This document shows, in pieces, positions 9,012-19,666 of a DNA stretch of 64,000 bases. The stretch covers positions 1 to 64,000 of the IMG/VR virus record IMGVR_UViG_3300032249_001164; one strand, written 5' to 3'. How positions within the stretch are numbered: position 1 is the first letter of the stretch; every line of letters starts with the position of its first letter. Source of the stretch: a virus. A program made the position numbers and the translations under genes. The notes beneath the pieces are model-generated. The model ran no database searches, had not been told where the DNA came from, and was given only the letters and a program-made list of their open reading frames with translations.

Positions 9012-10799
9012 ATGCCAGGCACGAGACTGATCGGGCAAAGCGCTAGCGGTCGCGACAATGCCGCAATGGTCACCGACAGCGGAGCCCTCAAGGTGGAGGT
9101 AGACGGCGGTGGCGCAGGCGGTAGCGACCTTGCTGCTACCAATGCCTTGCTCGGGCCTATTGACGAAGCGGCTCCAACTACTGACACCGCCAGCTCTGGT
9201 CAAAATGGTAGGCTTCAACGGATTGCTCAGCGACTAAGCTCGATTATTCTTAAGTTGCCGGCGTTTGGTACTGCCGGTGCGCCTAGTTCGGATGTGTTGA
9301 CGGTGCAAGGGGCTTCCAGTGGAACCATCCTACCGGTTGCTCCAAGGGTTACCCTTGGTGTTGGTAACGCAGATGGCAGCACTCAGCGAGTGACACTAGC
9401 TAGTGACAGCCCGGCGGTAATATCGCTGGCTGCGATAGCCAGTAGTCAGCCAGACGTGCTAACTGCGCTAGCCGCACCATCCAATCATGGTTCAGTGGTT
9501 CGACATGCGCAGTGTCTTCAGTGGAAAGCGGATTTATCTAGTACTGGGCCTGGCTTATTGGCGCCAGAGCTAACACTGCGGTCACCGTCTTCGCTATTTG
9601 TGTCGCAAGCTAGTGGCAACCTGATTGTTAACCCGGGCACAGTCGCAAATGCTGAAATGCTTTGCAGGTCTTCTATATCATTTAAGGGATCAATAGCTCT
9701 ACGGTGGCGTTTACTGCCATCCCAAAGGATAGCAAACAGTAATTTAATGGTTTTGCTTGCCGATAGGATTGGTGAAAACCTTAGCTATGTATGTACTGCC
9801 ACGAATGTAACCGTAACGCTTCCTGGCCACTCATATACGTCAGCCAACGTTGGCCAGTCTATGATGTTAGGCGCTATTACTGGCTCGGCTGGTATTCCTG
9901 GGCGATACGCTATTGCCAGCGTTAGCGCAAACACTGTTGTCCTTACCGTTGCTGGCTGGCCAGCTACTGGTAGCGGCACGCTTGACTTGTTTGGGCACAG
10001 CTACGTGCAACAACTTTACTCTGGTACTGCAAACGCTGCGCTTGACGCCCAGCGTATGGGTTGGAATACTGGTTCTATAGTAATAACTGCCACTACCTAC
10101 GCCACTGCTCATGCTGCATCTATTCAGTTAGACGGCAGAACCGCTACAACCTGTCGAACGGGAACAGGGGATGTGCTTGTGTTATCGGCATCAAGATCAG
10201 ATATTGTACCAGATGAAAATAAGGATTTATTTTTGTATCTGTGGGCTCACAATGGCTCTACAGCACCAGCTTCTGCAACAACGTGGACTATATCGTCTTT
10301 ATCGCTGGAAGAGAATATTAACATCCCCTTATACCTAGCGGGTATGAAGCAGTCGGGGGTTGGATCCCCAGTAGCGATGACAGGTAGCGTTGCGGTGTCA
10401 GCTTTCTCAACCGGTGCCGCACTATCTAATGACGTTGGTGTTCAATACCGTGCTACCGTCACAGGTGGTGCCACGCCCGCCAAGGTAATATCTTCGGTGG
10501 CAAGCCCAAGCTCAATACTTAAAGTTGGAGCAACACGACCGCTTGGGTGGAACCTGGTAAATACTACGGCTTTGTGGGTATACGGCAAGCTTTACAACTC
10601 AACAACAGCAGGGGCTGGTGCTTTGGGAGTTACTATTCCAATTGCAATTCCACCCAACGGAATTAACTCCCATTTCAGCGAAGGTGGGCTGACAGGCTTT
10701 TCTACCGGCCTTACGCTTACCACCGTAACAGGCGCTGCTGACTCTAGCGCCACGGCAGCGCCTGATGGTGCTATAGTTGGTTCGGTGTTTTTTGCTTAA
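9012..10799 (+). CDS. beta-rich virion structural / fibre-like protein
   Basis: 595 aa, Ala/Gly/Ser/Thr-rich, predicted beta strands; preceded by late-type motif GGCTAAGCT (8981-8989). Confidence 0.6.
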   Translation: MPGTRLIGQSASGRDNAAMVTDSGALKVEVDGGGAGGSDLAATNALLGPIDEAAPTTDTASSGQNGRLQRIAQRLSSIILKLPAFGTAGAPSSDVLTVQGASSGTILPVAPRVTLGVGNADGSTQRVTLASDSPAVISLAAIASSQPDVLTALAAPSNHGSVVRHAQCLQWKADLSSTGPGLLAPELTLRSPSSLFVSQASGNLIVNPGTVANAEMLCRSSISFKGSIALRWRLLPSQRIANSNLMVLLADRIGENLSYVCTATNVTVTLPGHSYTSANVGQSMMLGAITGSAGIPGRYAIASVSANTVVLTVAGWPATGSGTLDLFGHSYVQQLYSGTANAALDAQRMGWNTGSIVITATTYATAHAASIQLDGRTATTCRTGTGDVLVLSASRSDIVPDENKDLFLYLWAHNGSTAPASATTWTISSLSLEENINIPLYLAGMKQSGVGSPVAMTGSVAVSAFSTGAALSNDVGVQYRATVTGGATPAKVISSVASPSSILKVGATRPLGWNLVNTTALWVYGKLYNSTTAGAGALGVTIPIAIPPNGINSHFSEGGLTGFSTGLTLTTVTGAADSSATAAPDGAIVGSVFFA

Positions 10800-10806
10800 T
10801 TGATTC

Positions 10807-11067
10807 ATGGCCAAAACATTGAAGCTGCTGGTCAACGGCCCTATTGATGGGGTCGAATACGCGGCCACTCAGCTGGTTGTCTTCGATAACGACGACCAGG
10901 CTGATGGCCTGATCGCTAGTGGAGTTGGCGAAATCTACACCAATGAGTTCGGCACCACCACTAGCCACGATGCCAGGGTCGCGGCACTGCTCGCTTCCTA
11001 CGGGGAAGTGGTTGCTGAACCCGAGCCAGGCGCTTCGTCTTACGAAGAGCCTCAGCCGGAATCCTGA
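10807..11067 (+). CDS. small acidic hypothetical protein
   Basis: 7 nt after previous stop, followed by terminator. Confidence 0.65.
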   Translation: MAKTLKLLVNGPIDGVEYAATQLVVFDNDDQADGLIASGVGEIYTNEFGTTTSHDARVAALLASYGEVVAEPEPGASSYEEPQPES

Positions 11068-11095
11068 CAAATCAAGGATTGATGTATTAACGTGG

Positions 11096-11137
11096 CCATC
11101 GACCACTTGCTCTCATGGGCTGGTGGTCGATGGTTTT
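11096..11137 (+). terminator. intrinsic terminator between convergent operons
   Basis: CCATCGACCAC...GTGGTCGATGG followed by TTTT. Confidence 0.7.
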
Positions 11138-11894
11138 ATTTTGCTTTTGACGTGACATTAGGAAACGTAGCTACGGCGCGAGAAAAGTAAGCTTCGCGAT
11201 CCGTCAAGCCATTGGCCGGATCTCTTCCGTTAACCCTGGCTGACACTTGGCGGCAGGTTGCGCCGGAATCACAATAGGGGTTCATTCCATTGAGATGCCA
11301 CCAAAAGCCAGCGGAAGTAAATGGATAGTTGTTGGCAACATAGGCCGAGCCATCCATTACTGCCGCATCTTTGATAAAATCGGCGAATCGTTGGTAATTG
11401 TAGCGCCCAGTTAACTGAATCGCTCCGGCGCCTTTGTAGCGTTGGCCATCGCCAACTCTTGTATTCCCCAGGTCCGTGCGTCCCTCATAAGCGCTTCCGC
11501 TAGCTAGTTCCGTCATCCAGCGTAATCCACCTGATTCATGTCCAACCTGCGACAGGAAGTGACGAATCCGGGCTGGGGTGTTGATAGCGAAGCGCTGTAG
11601 GCAGGAATTCAAGTCAGCCAGCTGGCTCTCTTCCGGGGCGCGAGTAAATACGGCGGTGGCTTGGGCCATGCTTACCAGTTGAGGCGCCGCCGGAGCGGCG
11701 ACCGTGGAAGCCGTCAAGGGGGCTTTCGCCGTATTCTCGGCCTTCCAGGCGCTCCGAAGCTTTCCGCCCTCCTGGAGGGCCTCTGGATCGAGTTCCATCA
11801 GGCGGTCGAGCACTGCCAGAAGCCAGGCTCGGTGATGGGCTTTGCTTGGATCGTAATAATCAACGTAATCGCGGCTTGGGGTCTTGAATTTCAT
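11136..11894 (-). CDS. endolysin, glycoside hydrolase family 19 (chitinase-like)
   Basis: [47 protein letters not shown]. Confidence 0.92.
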   Translation of the reverse strand: MKFKTPSRDYVDYYDPSKAHHRAWLLAVLDRLMELDPEALQEGGKLRSAWKAENTAKAPLTASTVAAPAAPQLVSMAQATAVFTRAPEESQLADLNSCLQRFAINTPARIRHFLSQVGHESGGLRWMTELASGSAYEGRTDLGNTRVGDGQRYKGAGAIQLTGRYNYQRFADFIKDAAVMDGSAYVANNYPFTSAGFWWHLNGMNPYCDSGATCRQVSARVNGRDPANGLTDREAYFSRAVATFPNVTSKAK

Positions 11895-12199
11895 TTGTGA
11901 TTTAGCAGATAGTTGCGAGCGGCGTTGACGGGATCATAGAGGCCGATTATCGCTTCAACTTGGCTCGGGCTGGCGGGTCTGTTAGTTACGGATGTGATAG
12001 CGCCTGCGATAGCGCCTTGCACCCTGAGTGGAGAGGAGTTGTTGAGAGTTAAGACTAGTAGCTCGGAATCTAGGCGTTTATAAACTTCGGTTAAGCCAAG
12101 TTCCAATACTTTGCCAAGGGCCATGCGAAGCAAGCGCCTGGAAAGAGTAATTAAAAGAGGTCTCATGCTGGTGATTTCGTAAGAATGCCGCCAATCCAT
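11891..12199 (-). CDS. lysis-cassette hypothetical protein
   Basis: ATGA overlap with endolysin; true start probably MRPLL. Confidence 0.6.
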   Translation of the reverse strand: MDWRHSYEITSMRPLLITLSRRLLRMALGKVLELGLTEVYKRLDSELLVLTLNNSSPLRVQGAIAGAITSVTNRPASPSQVEAIIGLYDPVNAARNYLLNHK

Positions 12200-12408
12200 C
12201 CAGCAGCGGCGGCAACAGCGGCAGCAACTGCAGTTGTCTGTGGATCGCAGTTGTTAGGAATACGATGGCGGCAGATCGCCAGATCGGTGGCGGAAATTGC
12301 TATCCCAGCCGATAGTATTCCAACTAGACATCGAATTAGGAAAATGCGCTCACTACTTAAAGCTTTTTTTGGGCTTGTACTTTGCCCCTGGGAAGTGGCT
12401 TGGCTCAC
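12163..12408 (-). CDS. holin-like two-TM membrane protein
   Basis: Two hydrophobic segments, upstream of endolysin. Confidence 0.5.
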   Translation of the reverse strand: MSQATSQGQSTSPKKALSSERIFLIRCLVGILSAGIAISATDLAICRHRIPNNCDPQTTAVAAAVAAAAGWIGGILTKSPA

Positions 12409-12671
12409 CGTCTGTCCTCCACCGTTGGATGAAGTCCAAAGCTGATCTTAGGGGCGACTGCTACTACAAAAAGCGGCACCGTGAATGATACGACTACCGC
12501 AAGGATAACACCTTGGGCAATTCGTTTCTCGGCTTCACTTAGCCGACGAAAAGCCTCTCCCACATCTGCGCGTTGCTGCGCCATGGTTGTGACTAAAGCG
12601 TCGAGCTTCCCCTGCATGTTGCCAATCGCCAGCAGCAGGTCGCCGTGGCTCACATCGCGTTCGTTGGTCAT
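12405..12671 (-). CDS. coiled-coil plus C-terminal TM protein (lysis cassette)
   Basis: DLLLAIGNMQGKLD...RLSEAEKRIAQGVILAVVVSF. Confidence 0.65.
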   Translation of the reverse strand: MTNERDVSHGDLLLAIGNMQGKLDALVTTMAQQRADVGEAFRRLSEAEKRIAQGVILAVVVSFTVPLFVVAVAPKISFGLHPTVEDRR

Positions 12672-12798
12672 GGGAGGGTGCGCTACTAGGACAGGTTAGC
12701 GGGTTTGTCGAATTATCCTCTTTCGCTGCCATGGTGCCGTGGTTACAGGGTCCTCCGTTACCTACAGCCTCGTCTCTGTGTGCTAATACTTCCAGTAC

Positions 12799-13233
12799 CT
12801 ATCCAGCTCCAGGCAGCTGATAGGTGTCCGCCAGGCCATTAGCTGCCAGCAACCCCCCGATCTCGGCCCAGTGGGCTGCGGTTAGGTTGGTGGCTGCAAC
12901 GGCTACGTCTGCCAGCGACTGCTGCAGGGCGGCGACATTAGCAAAGCCTAACTTTGCATCGCTCAAATTAGCGACTAGTTCCAGGTTGGCTGTTAGTAAC
13001 TGCGATGAAGTTGCAGTTTGATCTTTGATTGCCTGATAGGCGGCAGTCGTGATCAGTCCATCGTAGAACTGACGGTAGGGAGCGCCAGGGTCGCTAATGC
13101 GTGGGCCGACAATCCAAGCTTGGCGATAAAGACCGTCGGCCCCGCGAATAGGCGGGCCTTCAAACAACTGCTCTGTAGCGGAGTTGTACTCAGGGGCAGC
13201 GGTGGGGGCAATAATCGGGAGGTGAAGAATCAT
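12799..13233 (-). CDS. tail fibre-associated protein
   Basis: PEYNSATEQL...YRQAWIV motif; coupled to fibre gene. Confidence 0.6.
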   Translation of the reverse strand: MILHLPIIAPTAAPEYNSATEQLFEGPPIRGADGLYRQAWIVGPRISDPGAPYRQFYDGLITTAAYQAIKDQTATSSQLLTANLELVANLSDAKLGFANVAALQQSLADVAVAATNLTAAHWAEIGGLLAANGLADTYQLPGAG

Positions 13234-16200
13234 ACAAAAAATGCAGGAGGACTGCCGACAATACGGCCAATGTGTTGGGTGGCAGTGTTAACGTCAACTC
13301 CTTGGTAGTTTGCGTTTACTACTAAGTTTAAGGCATTAGAAGATGACAAGTCATATGAAATCTGCCTACCCCCAGGGGCGTAGGTAAGCGTTACATTGCT
13401 GGCTAGCATAGTTCCACTAGTAGCCATTCTCCATAAGCCAGGGTGCCCAGTTGCCCCGGATGCAACCACAGTCCTACCTGCTTGATTGGTTATGCCCAAG
13501 GGGCCAGACGCCGACGTTCCGTCGTTCCCAAATGCACCCGCCATTCCAGCGGATTTATTTGCAATCACAAAGCTATTATCAAAGGTTTTAAGCGACAAGA
13601 CAGATCCAGCGTTAAACGTGTGTATAAACGATTGCATAGAGGCACCTTTCACGGTCCCTGTACTTGCACGGTCGGAAACCAAAGCGTAATTGCCTAGATT
13701 GTTAAGAATATGAATGCAGTTAGTATCTCTGTTCCTTTCCAGGGCAAACACATTTGAATTTGGCAAGAAGGAGTACGGAGTAGCCATGGTCAGCGATACT
13801 TTCTGTTGTTTGCCATCACTCATAGAACCTACAAAACTATGACAGTTTCTGGATCCAGGTATTCCTAGTGGAAAAGTGGCACCCTTTAGCAGCGCTTTAG
13901 GTAAGCTATCAATTCTTGTATTGCCAAGGAAATATATTCCACTGCAAAACACATCTATGTCACCTTCACAAGATACAATGCTTGGTGGCAGGTTCGGGTT
14001 GACTGGTCCAGGAGATTTTCCACCTAATATAACATTCCTAAACGTAAAGATCCCGCTTTTCACAGATACACAGCCCTTGGTAAAAGGACCTTGCACCACA
14101 AACCCATTTGAAATCGTGGCATCAAGGTAATTATCCAGGAAATTGCGGAACGTAACGCCACTGGGCCGGTACGCCGGAATTCTCATATCTGACGGATAGA
14201 GCGTTGATGGAAAAATTTCTGGGTTTTCGGCTACCGCATCCATTGACAACCAGCAAACTCCATTAACTGAGCCACCTACTCTGAATTCTGGAAAAAACGA
14301 ATTTTCAAAAAAATTCATCCCCGCGTCATAGCTGGTATAACTTCCCCGATCGTGGGCTAATCCACCAGCAAAGCATGGCACAAGAAATGGGCTTCTAGCA
14401 TCGTGCAGTGCTTTTGCATCAGTGGTGGGTTTTGTGTTGGCTGCTGTGTAATCTGCAACAATATTGGTTACTGGGAATTGGTTGGTCGCGCCAACCCAGT
14501 TAGCGATATGGTTAAATGGTTCGAGTTGGTTCCAGTAAGGCCCGTCGGCCAGCTGATAGTTGACTGTTTCTGTTGAGTCAAAAGTTGCATTTGCATAGAC
14601 AACAGCAATCGCAAATGTGACCGCAGTTTCCCTGGCTAGAGGTGGTACAGCAAATACGTCAGCGGCAGACCTAACCGGACTGAGTATTAGCTCGGCAGAC
14701 GTGCCGTTAAATACAAAACTCTGTCCTGCTGCTGTTGCGCTGTCTGGCACAACATAAAGCGTGGTATCCCCAGTTTTGCGGGTGAGTACGCCCTTCTGTT
14801 TCGCCCAGTAGTTCAAGCCTTTAAGATTTACAATTTCAGGCGAGTTGTCCAAACTTGCGTTTAGCTCTCCGTCATTTGCGCCGATGGGAATGTTGTTAGA
14901 ACGCAGTGTAGCAGCATTGGCTAACCTAAACGTCCCTAGGCTCGTAGTCTTGCCCGCACTGGAGCTTGGGAATAGCAAGCTAGCTAAAGAGCTTAGGTTC
15001 CATACTCCAGAGCCAGTCAACCCATTGACTGAGATATTGGAAAAACTCTCTTGCTGGCTATTTTCCGTTCCAGCCTGGTCGCCAGCCAACACTGTTTCAC
15101 CTGTTTCGGTATCAGTAAGGCCTCTATTTGTCACAACTTGCCCGTTTTCGTTTACGCCATTTACCACTACTCGGCCGCCGCCGCCATTCGTGAAATACAG
15201 CGAAAATAGATTTGACGCTGAAATCGGCTTCTGCGCCTTCGGCAAAGCGGTGCTGTAATTACCATGCCCAGCGCCTTGATCATAGGTAAAGTTTGAAAGT
15301 GTGATTGTAGTAGGCCGGCGAAACTCCACAGCCCACGAAGCGAGGCCAGACGCGGCGCCACCAGATGGCGGCAAAGGAAAATCCGCTGCGCTAGCCGGAT
15401 TGAGCCTCCGGGTAGCTGTGGCCCGAGGTGTCAGGGCTGTCCAGGTAGCACTTTCCGAAAAACCTAATGCCCGGAGCAGTGCATAGAGGCCTAGTACGTC
15501 GGAGCCCGTGCGGTATTGATCCCGGACAGGGCCGGAACTAGCAAAAATTGTTGTCCAGTTTATACCGCAACTTGTGGTTATGTCATTCGGGTCTGTATCA
15601 GTATTAAAAACAATTTGAGGTGCTTCGTTGGTAATGGGTTCTTCTGGGTTATAGGCTTCCGGCATGTGCACGTAGGCTTCATCCCAGTCAGCGAGTGGCG
15701 GGGTTGATGCGGTGGCGTAATTATTGCGAATAGCCTTGAAGTGCTTATTGACAGCCTTAACTACTACACCTTTTCGATAGAACGTGCCAACTGTGTACGT
15801 GGTGCTGGGACAGCTGCGCCGCAGCGTCACCCGCGCACCAAATTCTGTTTTAGAGGTGCTGGTAACAGCCAGCACCTCTTCCCCATCTGGGGCCAAAGGC
15901 CTGTTAATGCCGCCACCCGATACGCCTGCCGATGTCTGCAATATTGCAGACCGATTTGGCGTGCGACTAGAATATGTTGTCAATTCCAGGGATGCTGAGC
16001 GCTCTGCCAAAGTGCGGTTATCTACCACGCGGCGGATGTAGACTGATTTCCCAATAGCGTTGCTAATACCAAAGCTGCTGGGTACGTCTGCATTGGTTCC
16101 ACTTTGGCTCAACGCCGCTGTGATATTGATTCGAGCAGGGGTGCCAGGGGCCCAGGCTGTCGAGGTCAATAACGCTCGCCAATCGTCGCCGTCAGGGTTT

Positions 16201-17783
16201 TCAACCCATACATAGGTGCCGCCCGGCAACGAATAACCGTCTGTGGCCAGCAGCTGAGGGGTCGTACCTGTGGTATCAGCAGACAAAGCCTGCAACAGGG
16301 TGATGTTCGAGGCGCTATGGCTCGCCACCGTCCCCAGTGTGATTCGCCTGATTGCAGGTGTTTTATCAGATAGATTGACTGGCACGCTGATTCGATTTAT
16401 CAGCCAGCCTGTATCCAGCGGAACAGCCGTTCGCGCATAGCCGGTAGCAAGCGCAGCGCAGCTGCCAAACGTGAAATTGCCGTTGGATGAAACAATCTCG
16501 CCCCCCAAGTCAGCTCGCGCTCTCGCAGTGTGGCAAAGGCCAAAAACACTAACCTCGCTGCAGAAAGCGTCTCTGATTACCAGCAAATGGCAGTGAGCGC
16601 GCTGCGGCTTGATCCGCCGATTGTCGGGAATCGTGTCAATGTAGGCCTGAAGGCTGGAAGGGGTGATCCAACTGCCACCAGAATAAACCTGCAGGCTGTT
16701 TACGTCTTTTTGGAGGGAAATTCCAGTAAACTGGGCTGTGATTGTAGATTTCAGACCACCTAAGTTGTCCCCATTGATGAATAAACCACCCATACCCCAT
16801 TCACTACGCACGCTGATGCGCTCAGGGTAGGGGGATGATCCCTTCACCGTGTCATAGGCGGGGCTTGGGCTGCCCTCAAACGGGCCAACAGTTTGATATT
16901 CGCTGGCTCGCGCCTGGCTGAGCGCAGCCGACAGGTTGGCGCTAGAGCCCAGGGCGGTGAAGGCCTTGGCGTAAAACGAATTTAGATGCGATTGAGATGG
17001 GTAGCCTAAGCAATAAAGCAAGTGTAATGATTGACTTTGGCCGATGGGGTCACGAAATGTAAAGTCAACCGCATGTACGTCGGGCGTTAGGTATAAAACG
17101 CAGCGGATATTGCTGTAGTCGCTAGCGATGTCTGCGGGGGCTGGCGCCCACATTGGTATCAGTACAGTCTTGCGTAAATCTTCGCCATCAAAAGCAGCAC
17201 CGCGAGGCAGAATTAGTCCCCCAAGAATATCGTCGTTAAATGCAATCAACTCCTGCCAGGTGGGGACCTTGCCATCAGCCCACGCACTGATGGCAACGGC
17301 ACTGGAGTGAGAGCCTGGGTGGTTGTAAATAAACTGCGGCCCCGAACCCATGTGAATAATCACACAGTCGCGGTGGGCCCGAACGTCTGTGAATGTATAC
17401 CAGTTTAGGGATGTAATTATGTGAGCTTCTAGGACTGCTCTGTTAGGAGTCTTGAAGGGGGCGGCTCTTGTATAGCCACACTCCAGTCGCTGCTCGCGAA
17501 TGCGCTTGAGCTTTTGCGCAATTTTCTGTTCGTCAGTGCCGGTTGACTCAAAGCTATTAAAATCTCCAGTTACATATGTGTCTCGGCCAAGATTATCATC
17601 AACGTAGAGATGAAACGGAGCCGTAAGCGGATCCGTAGATTCACTGGAGCCGCTAGCGATATTTGGATTGCCGATCAGCTGCCGAACTATATTTACCAAC
17701 GCCGCCAGCTGACTTTTGGCTACATTCTGCGACTCGGCTACATCAATTGCGCCGCTCTCTCCCGCCCTCCTCAGCTTGGTCAT
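13230..17783 (-). CDS. large tail fibre / receptor-binding protein
   Basis: 1517 aa, APFKT and GEDLRKT motifs typical of cyanophage fibres, end of tail operon. Confidence 0.75.
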   Translation of the reverse strand: MTKLRRAGESGAIDVAESQNVAKSQLAALVNIVRQLIGNPNIASGSSESTDPLTAPFHLYVDDNLGRDTYVTGDFNSFESTGTDEQKIAQKLKRIREQRLECGYTRAAPFKTPNRAVLEAHIITSLNWYTFTDVRAHRDCVIIHMGSGPQFIYNHPGSHSSAVAISAWADGKVPTWQELIAFNDDILGGLILPRGAAFDGEDLRKTVLIPMWAPAPADIASDYSNIRCVLYLTPDVHAVDFTFRDPIGQSQSLHLLYCLGYPSQSHLNSFYAKAFTALGSSANLSAALSQARASEYQTVGPFEGSPSPAYDTVKGSSPYPERISVRSEWGMGGLFINGDNLGGLKSTITAQFTGISLQKDVNSLQVYSGGSWITPSSLQAYIDTIPDNRRIKPQRAHCHLLVIRDAFCSEVSVFGLCHTARARADLGGEIVSSNGNFTFGSCAALATGYARTAVPLDTGWLINRISVPVNLSDKTPAIRRITLGTVASHSASNITLLQALSADTTGTTPQLLATDGYSLPGGTYVWVENPDGDDWRALLTSTAWAPGTPARINITAALSQSGTNADVPSSFGISNAIGKSVYIRRVVDNRTLAERSASLELTTYSSRTPNRSAILQTSAGVSGGGINRPLAPDGEEVLAVTSTSKTEFGARVTLRRSCPSTTYTVGTFYRKGVVVKAVNKHFKAIRNNYATASTPPLADWDEAYVHMPEAYNPEEPITNEAPQIVFNTDTDPNDITTSCGINWTTIFASSGPVRDQYRTGSDVLGLYALLRALGFSESATWTALTPRATATRRLNPASAADFPLPPSGGAASGLASWAVEFRRPTTITLSNFTYDQGAGHGNYSTALPKAQKPISASNLFSLYFTNGGGGRVVVNGVNENGQVVTNRGLTDTETGETVLAGDQAGTENSQQESFSNISVNGLTGSGVWNLSSLASLLFPSSSAGKTTSLGTFRLANAATLRSNNIPIGANDGELNASLDNSPEIVNLKGLNYWAKQKGVLTRKTGDTTLYVVPDSATAAGQSFVFNGTSAELILSPVRSAADVFAVPPLARETAVTFAIAVVYANATFDSTETVNYQLADGPYWNQLEPFNHIANWVGATNQFPVTNIVADYTAANTKPTTDAKALHDARSPFLVPCFAGGLAHDRGSYTSYDAGMNFFENSFFPEFRVGGSVNGVCWLSMDAVAENPEIFPSTLYPSDMRIPAYRPSGVTFRNFLDNYLDATISNGFVVQGPFTKGCVSVKSGIFTFRNVILGGKSPGPVNPNLPPSIVSCEGDIDVFCSGIYFLGNTRIDSLPKALLKGATFPLGIPGSRNCHSFVGSMSDGKQQKVSLTMATPYSFLPNSNVFALERNRDTNCIHILNNLGNYALVSDRASTGTVKGASMQSFIHTFNAGSVLSLKTFDNSFVIANKSAGMAGAFGNDGTSASGPLGITNQAGRTVVASGATGHPGLWRMATSGTMLASNVTLTYAPGGRQISYDLSSSNALNLVVNANYQGVDVNTATQHIGRIVGSPPAFFV

Positions 17784-17812
17784 TCAGGGGCTGCTCTGTG
17801 ACTAGTGCTAGT

Positions 17813-18850
17813 CTACACCTCCCTGGCCAACCGAATCCGGCCCGTCGCAACAAAATCGGCATTCATTCTGATTACGTCATCGAACTGAGTATTTACAGTT
17901 GTTTTACTTAACAGAATATCTGTTTCATAAAATAAACGTTCTGGTATAGATAAAGAGCCGGAATTGCGCTGATCAGCAATTTGAAACCTAGCTTTAGCCT
18001 TGCTGCCTTGATTCGTCAACATAATAAGACGCAGCATCCCAACGCTACTGTTTGAACTAGACATAAATCCATGGCTAATGATGGCGCTAAAGCTTCCAGC
18101 GCCGCGAAGCATTCCTTTCGCAGACTCCCCAAAAGTTTGTCCAATCGCTGTTTCGTCCAGTTGAGTTACATCTGTTTCAAAAACCCAGTTAGTCAGGTCG
18201 CATTGCATTAGCCAGCCGCGTTCTTCTGCGTCTGCAGCGATGTCGGTAAGGATTTCTGGCACTGGCGCCAGGTTTTCAGCTGGCTGCTCGCCATCTGGGA
18301 TCTCAAGGCCGGCAATCGACTGGAGTAATTGCAGTGCTGCGGCGTTGTAGCCAGTCGCTGCGGATGCCGGCAGTATCAGTATCGGGCCTGGTGACACGTT
18401 GCGCAGCGGTATCAGTCCTTGAGCCCCTCCATTGATTGCGTCAACCTCGTTAGAGTAAAACCTTGCGTTATCCAGCTCATCACGACTGATAAAAGCAGTA
18501 GCTGATTGGACAAAGCCAACAGTCGCTTGCGACTCCCAGAATGGCGCACCCGTGTCCGCGCTCCAAAACATGCCGCCGGTTGTCCTGGCGGCCAGCGCAA
18601 GGCCTACTGCGGTCTCGCCGCCCGTCCAAAACGCATGACCATCGGGGCATGGTGCAAAACCAGCAGTGCCAATGCCAAGTGGCACACCGCGAAGCGCAAT
18701 AACAACCACTTCATCGCCAGCCTGAAAGGCTTGATCGCTTAGGTCTAGTGATGGCGAGGTGCCACGTTGCAAGCGCCAGTCAGCCAATGCTGTTGGTGCC
18801 GGCCATTCACGACTTAGCTCAACAATCCCTTCGTATCCAAGAATTGCCAT
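17813..18850 (-). CDS. tail protein with tube-like fold
   Basis: CDLTNWVFETDVTQLDETAIGQTF...GMLRGAGS resembles the major tail gene. Confidence 0.65.
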   Translation of the reverse strand: MAILGYEGIVELSREWPAPTALADWRLQRGTSPSLDLSDQAFQAGDEVVVIALRGVPLGIGTAGFAPCPDGHAFWTGGETAVGLALAARTTGGMFWSADTGAPFWESQATVGFVQSATAFISRDELDNARFYSNEVDAINGGAQGLIPLRNVSPGPILILPASAATGYNAAALQLLQSIAGLEIPDGEQPAENLAPVPEILTDIAADAEERGWLMQCDLTNWVFETDVTQLDETAIGQTFGESAKGMLRGAGSFSAIISHGFMSSSNSSVGMLRLIMLTNQGSKAKARFQIADQRNSGSLSIPERLFYETDILLSKTTVNTQFDDVIRMNADFVATGRIRLAREV

Positions 18851-19245
18851 TAGATTGAATAAGAAGATTTTCCGCTGATAACAAAAGAAATACTAACACT
18901 TGTATTTTCGTTGACACTCTCACTCAAGCCTAAAGAGCGCATCAGGACTGACCCGGAAATAACCCTGCCCTTACCCTTATGAAGAATAATCTCTATGTTG
19001 TCCGGCTCCTCGTCATCCTCAAAGATTCTTGCCATAAGCTCGCGGCTTACCTCGTTATCTGTTTCGTAGAGAAGAGTTGCCGAGCCGGACGTACTTCGTT
19101 TTCCGTATGCAAACTCGCTGTCCATCTCTCCGATACCGGTAGTATCTAAAATGTCACGCTGAACGTCAAGAGTAACGTTGGTCACTTTGGCGACTTTTTG
19201 CCCGTCAAAACGAACTTCTCCGTGGACGCTGTTTGCAACCGCCAT
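18850..19245 (-). CDS. minimal tail tube-fold protein
   Basis: VAKVTNVTLDVQRDILDTTGIG...GKRSTSGSA. Confidence 0.65.
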   Translation of the reverse strand: MAVANSVHGEVRFDGQKVAKVTNVTLDVQRDILDTTGIGEMDSEFAYGKRSTSGSATLLYETDNEVSRELMARIFEDDEEPDNIEIILHKGKGRVISGSVLMRSLGLSESVNENTSVSISFVISGKSSYSI

Positions 19246-19261
19246 TTGAATGAGCTAGCCT

Positions 19262-19666
19262 CTAATCCATTCTAAGCTCGGCCCTGAACTGAACCTTGAC
19301 GGATATTCTTTTCCCGCCTTGCGAACGGCTTCCCTGGGGTTCGCCCAAAAAGTACCAACGCAAGCCTGGGCCAGGATTTAGCAAGTCAGCCTGCTCAAGA
19401 TTCCTTCCAACAATCGCTGGGAATGCTACATCTTCTGTCGGTCCTCGTGCTGCGGTATAAGCCGCCTTAATTTGTGCGTAGGCCGCTTGGGTAATGTTAT
19501 CGAATGTCAGGGTCATGGGCGCATCACTAGCTTTGTCGCCCCACTGCCGGATCGAACGGACACCGCTTTGCGCTCGCCGCTCTGTTATCGGCCAGCCAGG
19601 TTCACCGAAATCGTGAGCAGTGGGCTGAATCGCTGGGAACTGAACTGTCATCGTTGAATCACCCAC
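19262..19666 (-). CDS. minor tail protein (Dit-like)
   Basis: FPAIQPTAHDF...LTFDNI...WYFLGEP; position in tail tip cluster. Confidence 0.6.
   Translation of the reverse strand: MGDSTMTVQFPAIQPTAHDFGEPGWPITERRAQSGVRSIRQWGDKASDAPMTLTFDNITQAAYAQIKAAYTAARGPTEDVAFPAIVGRNLEQADLLNPGPGLRWYFLGEPQGSRSQGGKRISVKVQFRAELRMD

Noticed and set aside
13230-17783. Diversity-generating retroelement target in the fibre gene
   Set aside because: No reverse transcriptase and no template/variable repeat pair differing at adenines was found.
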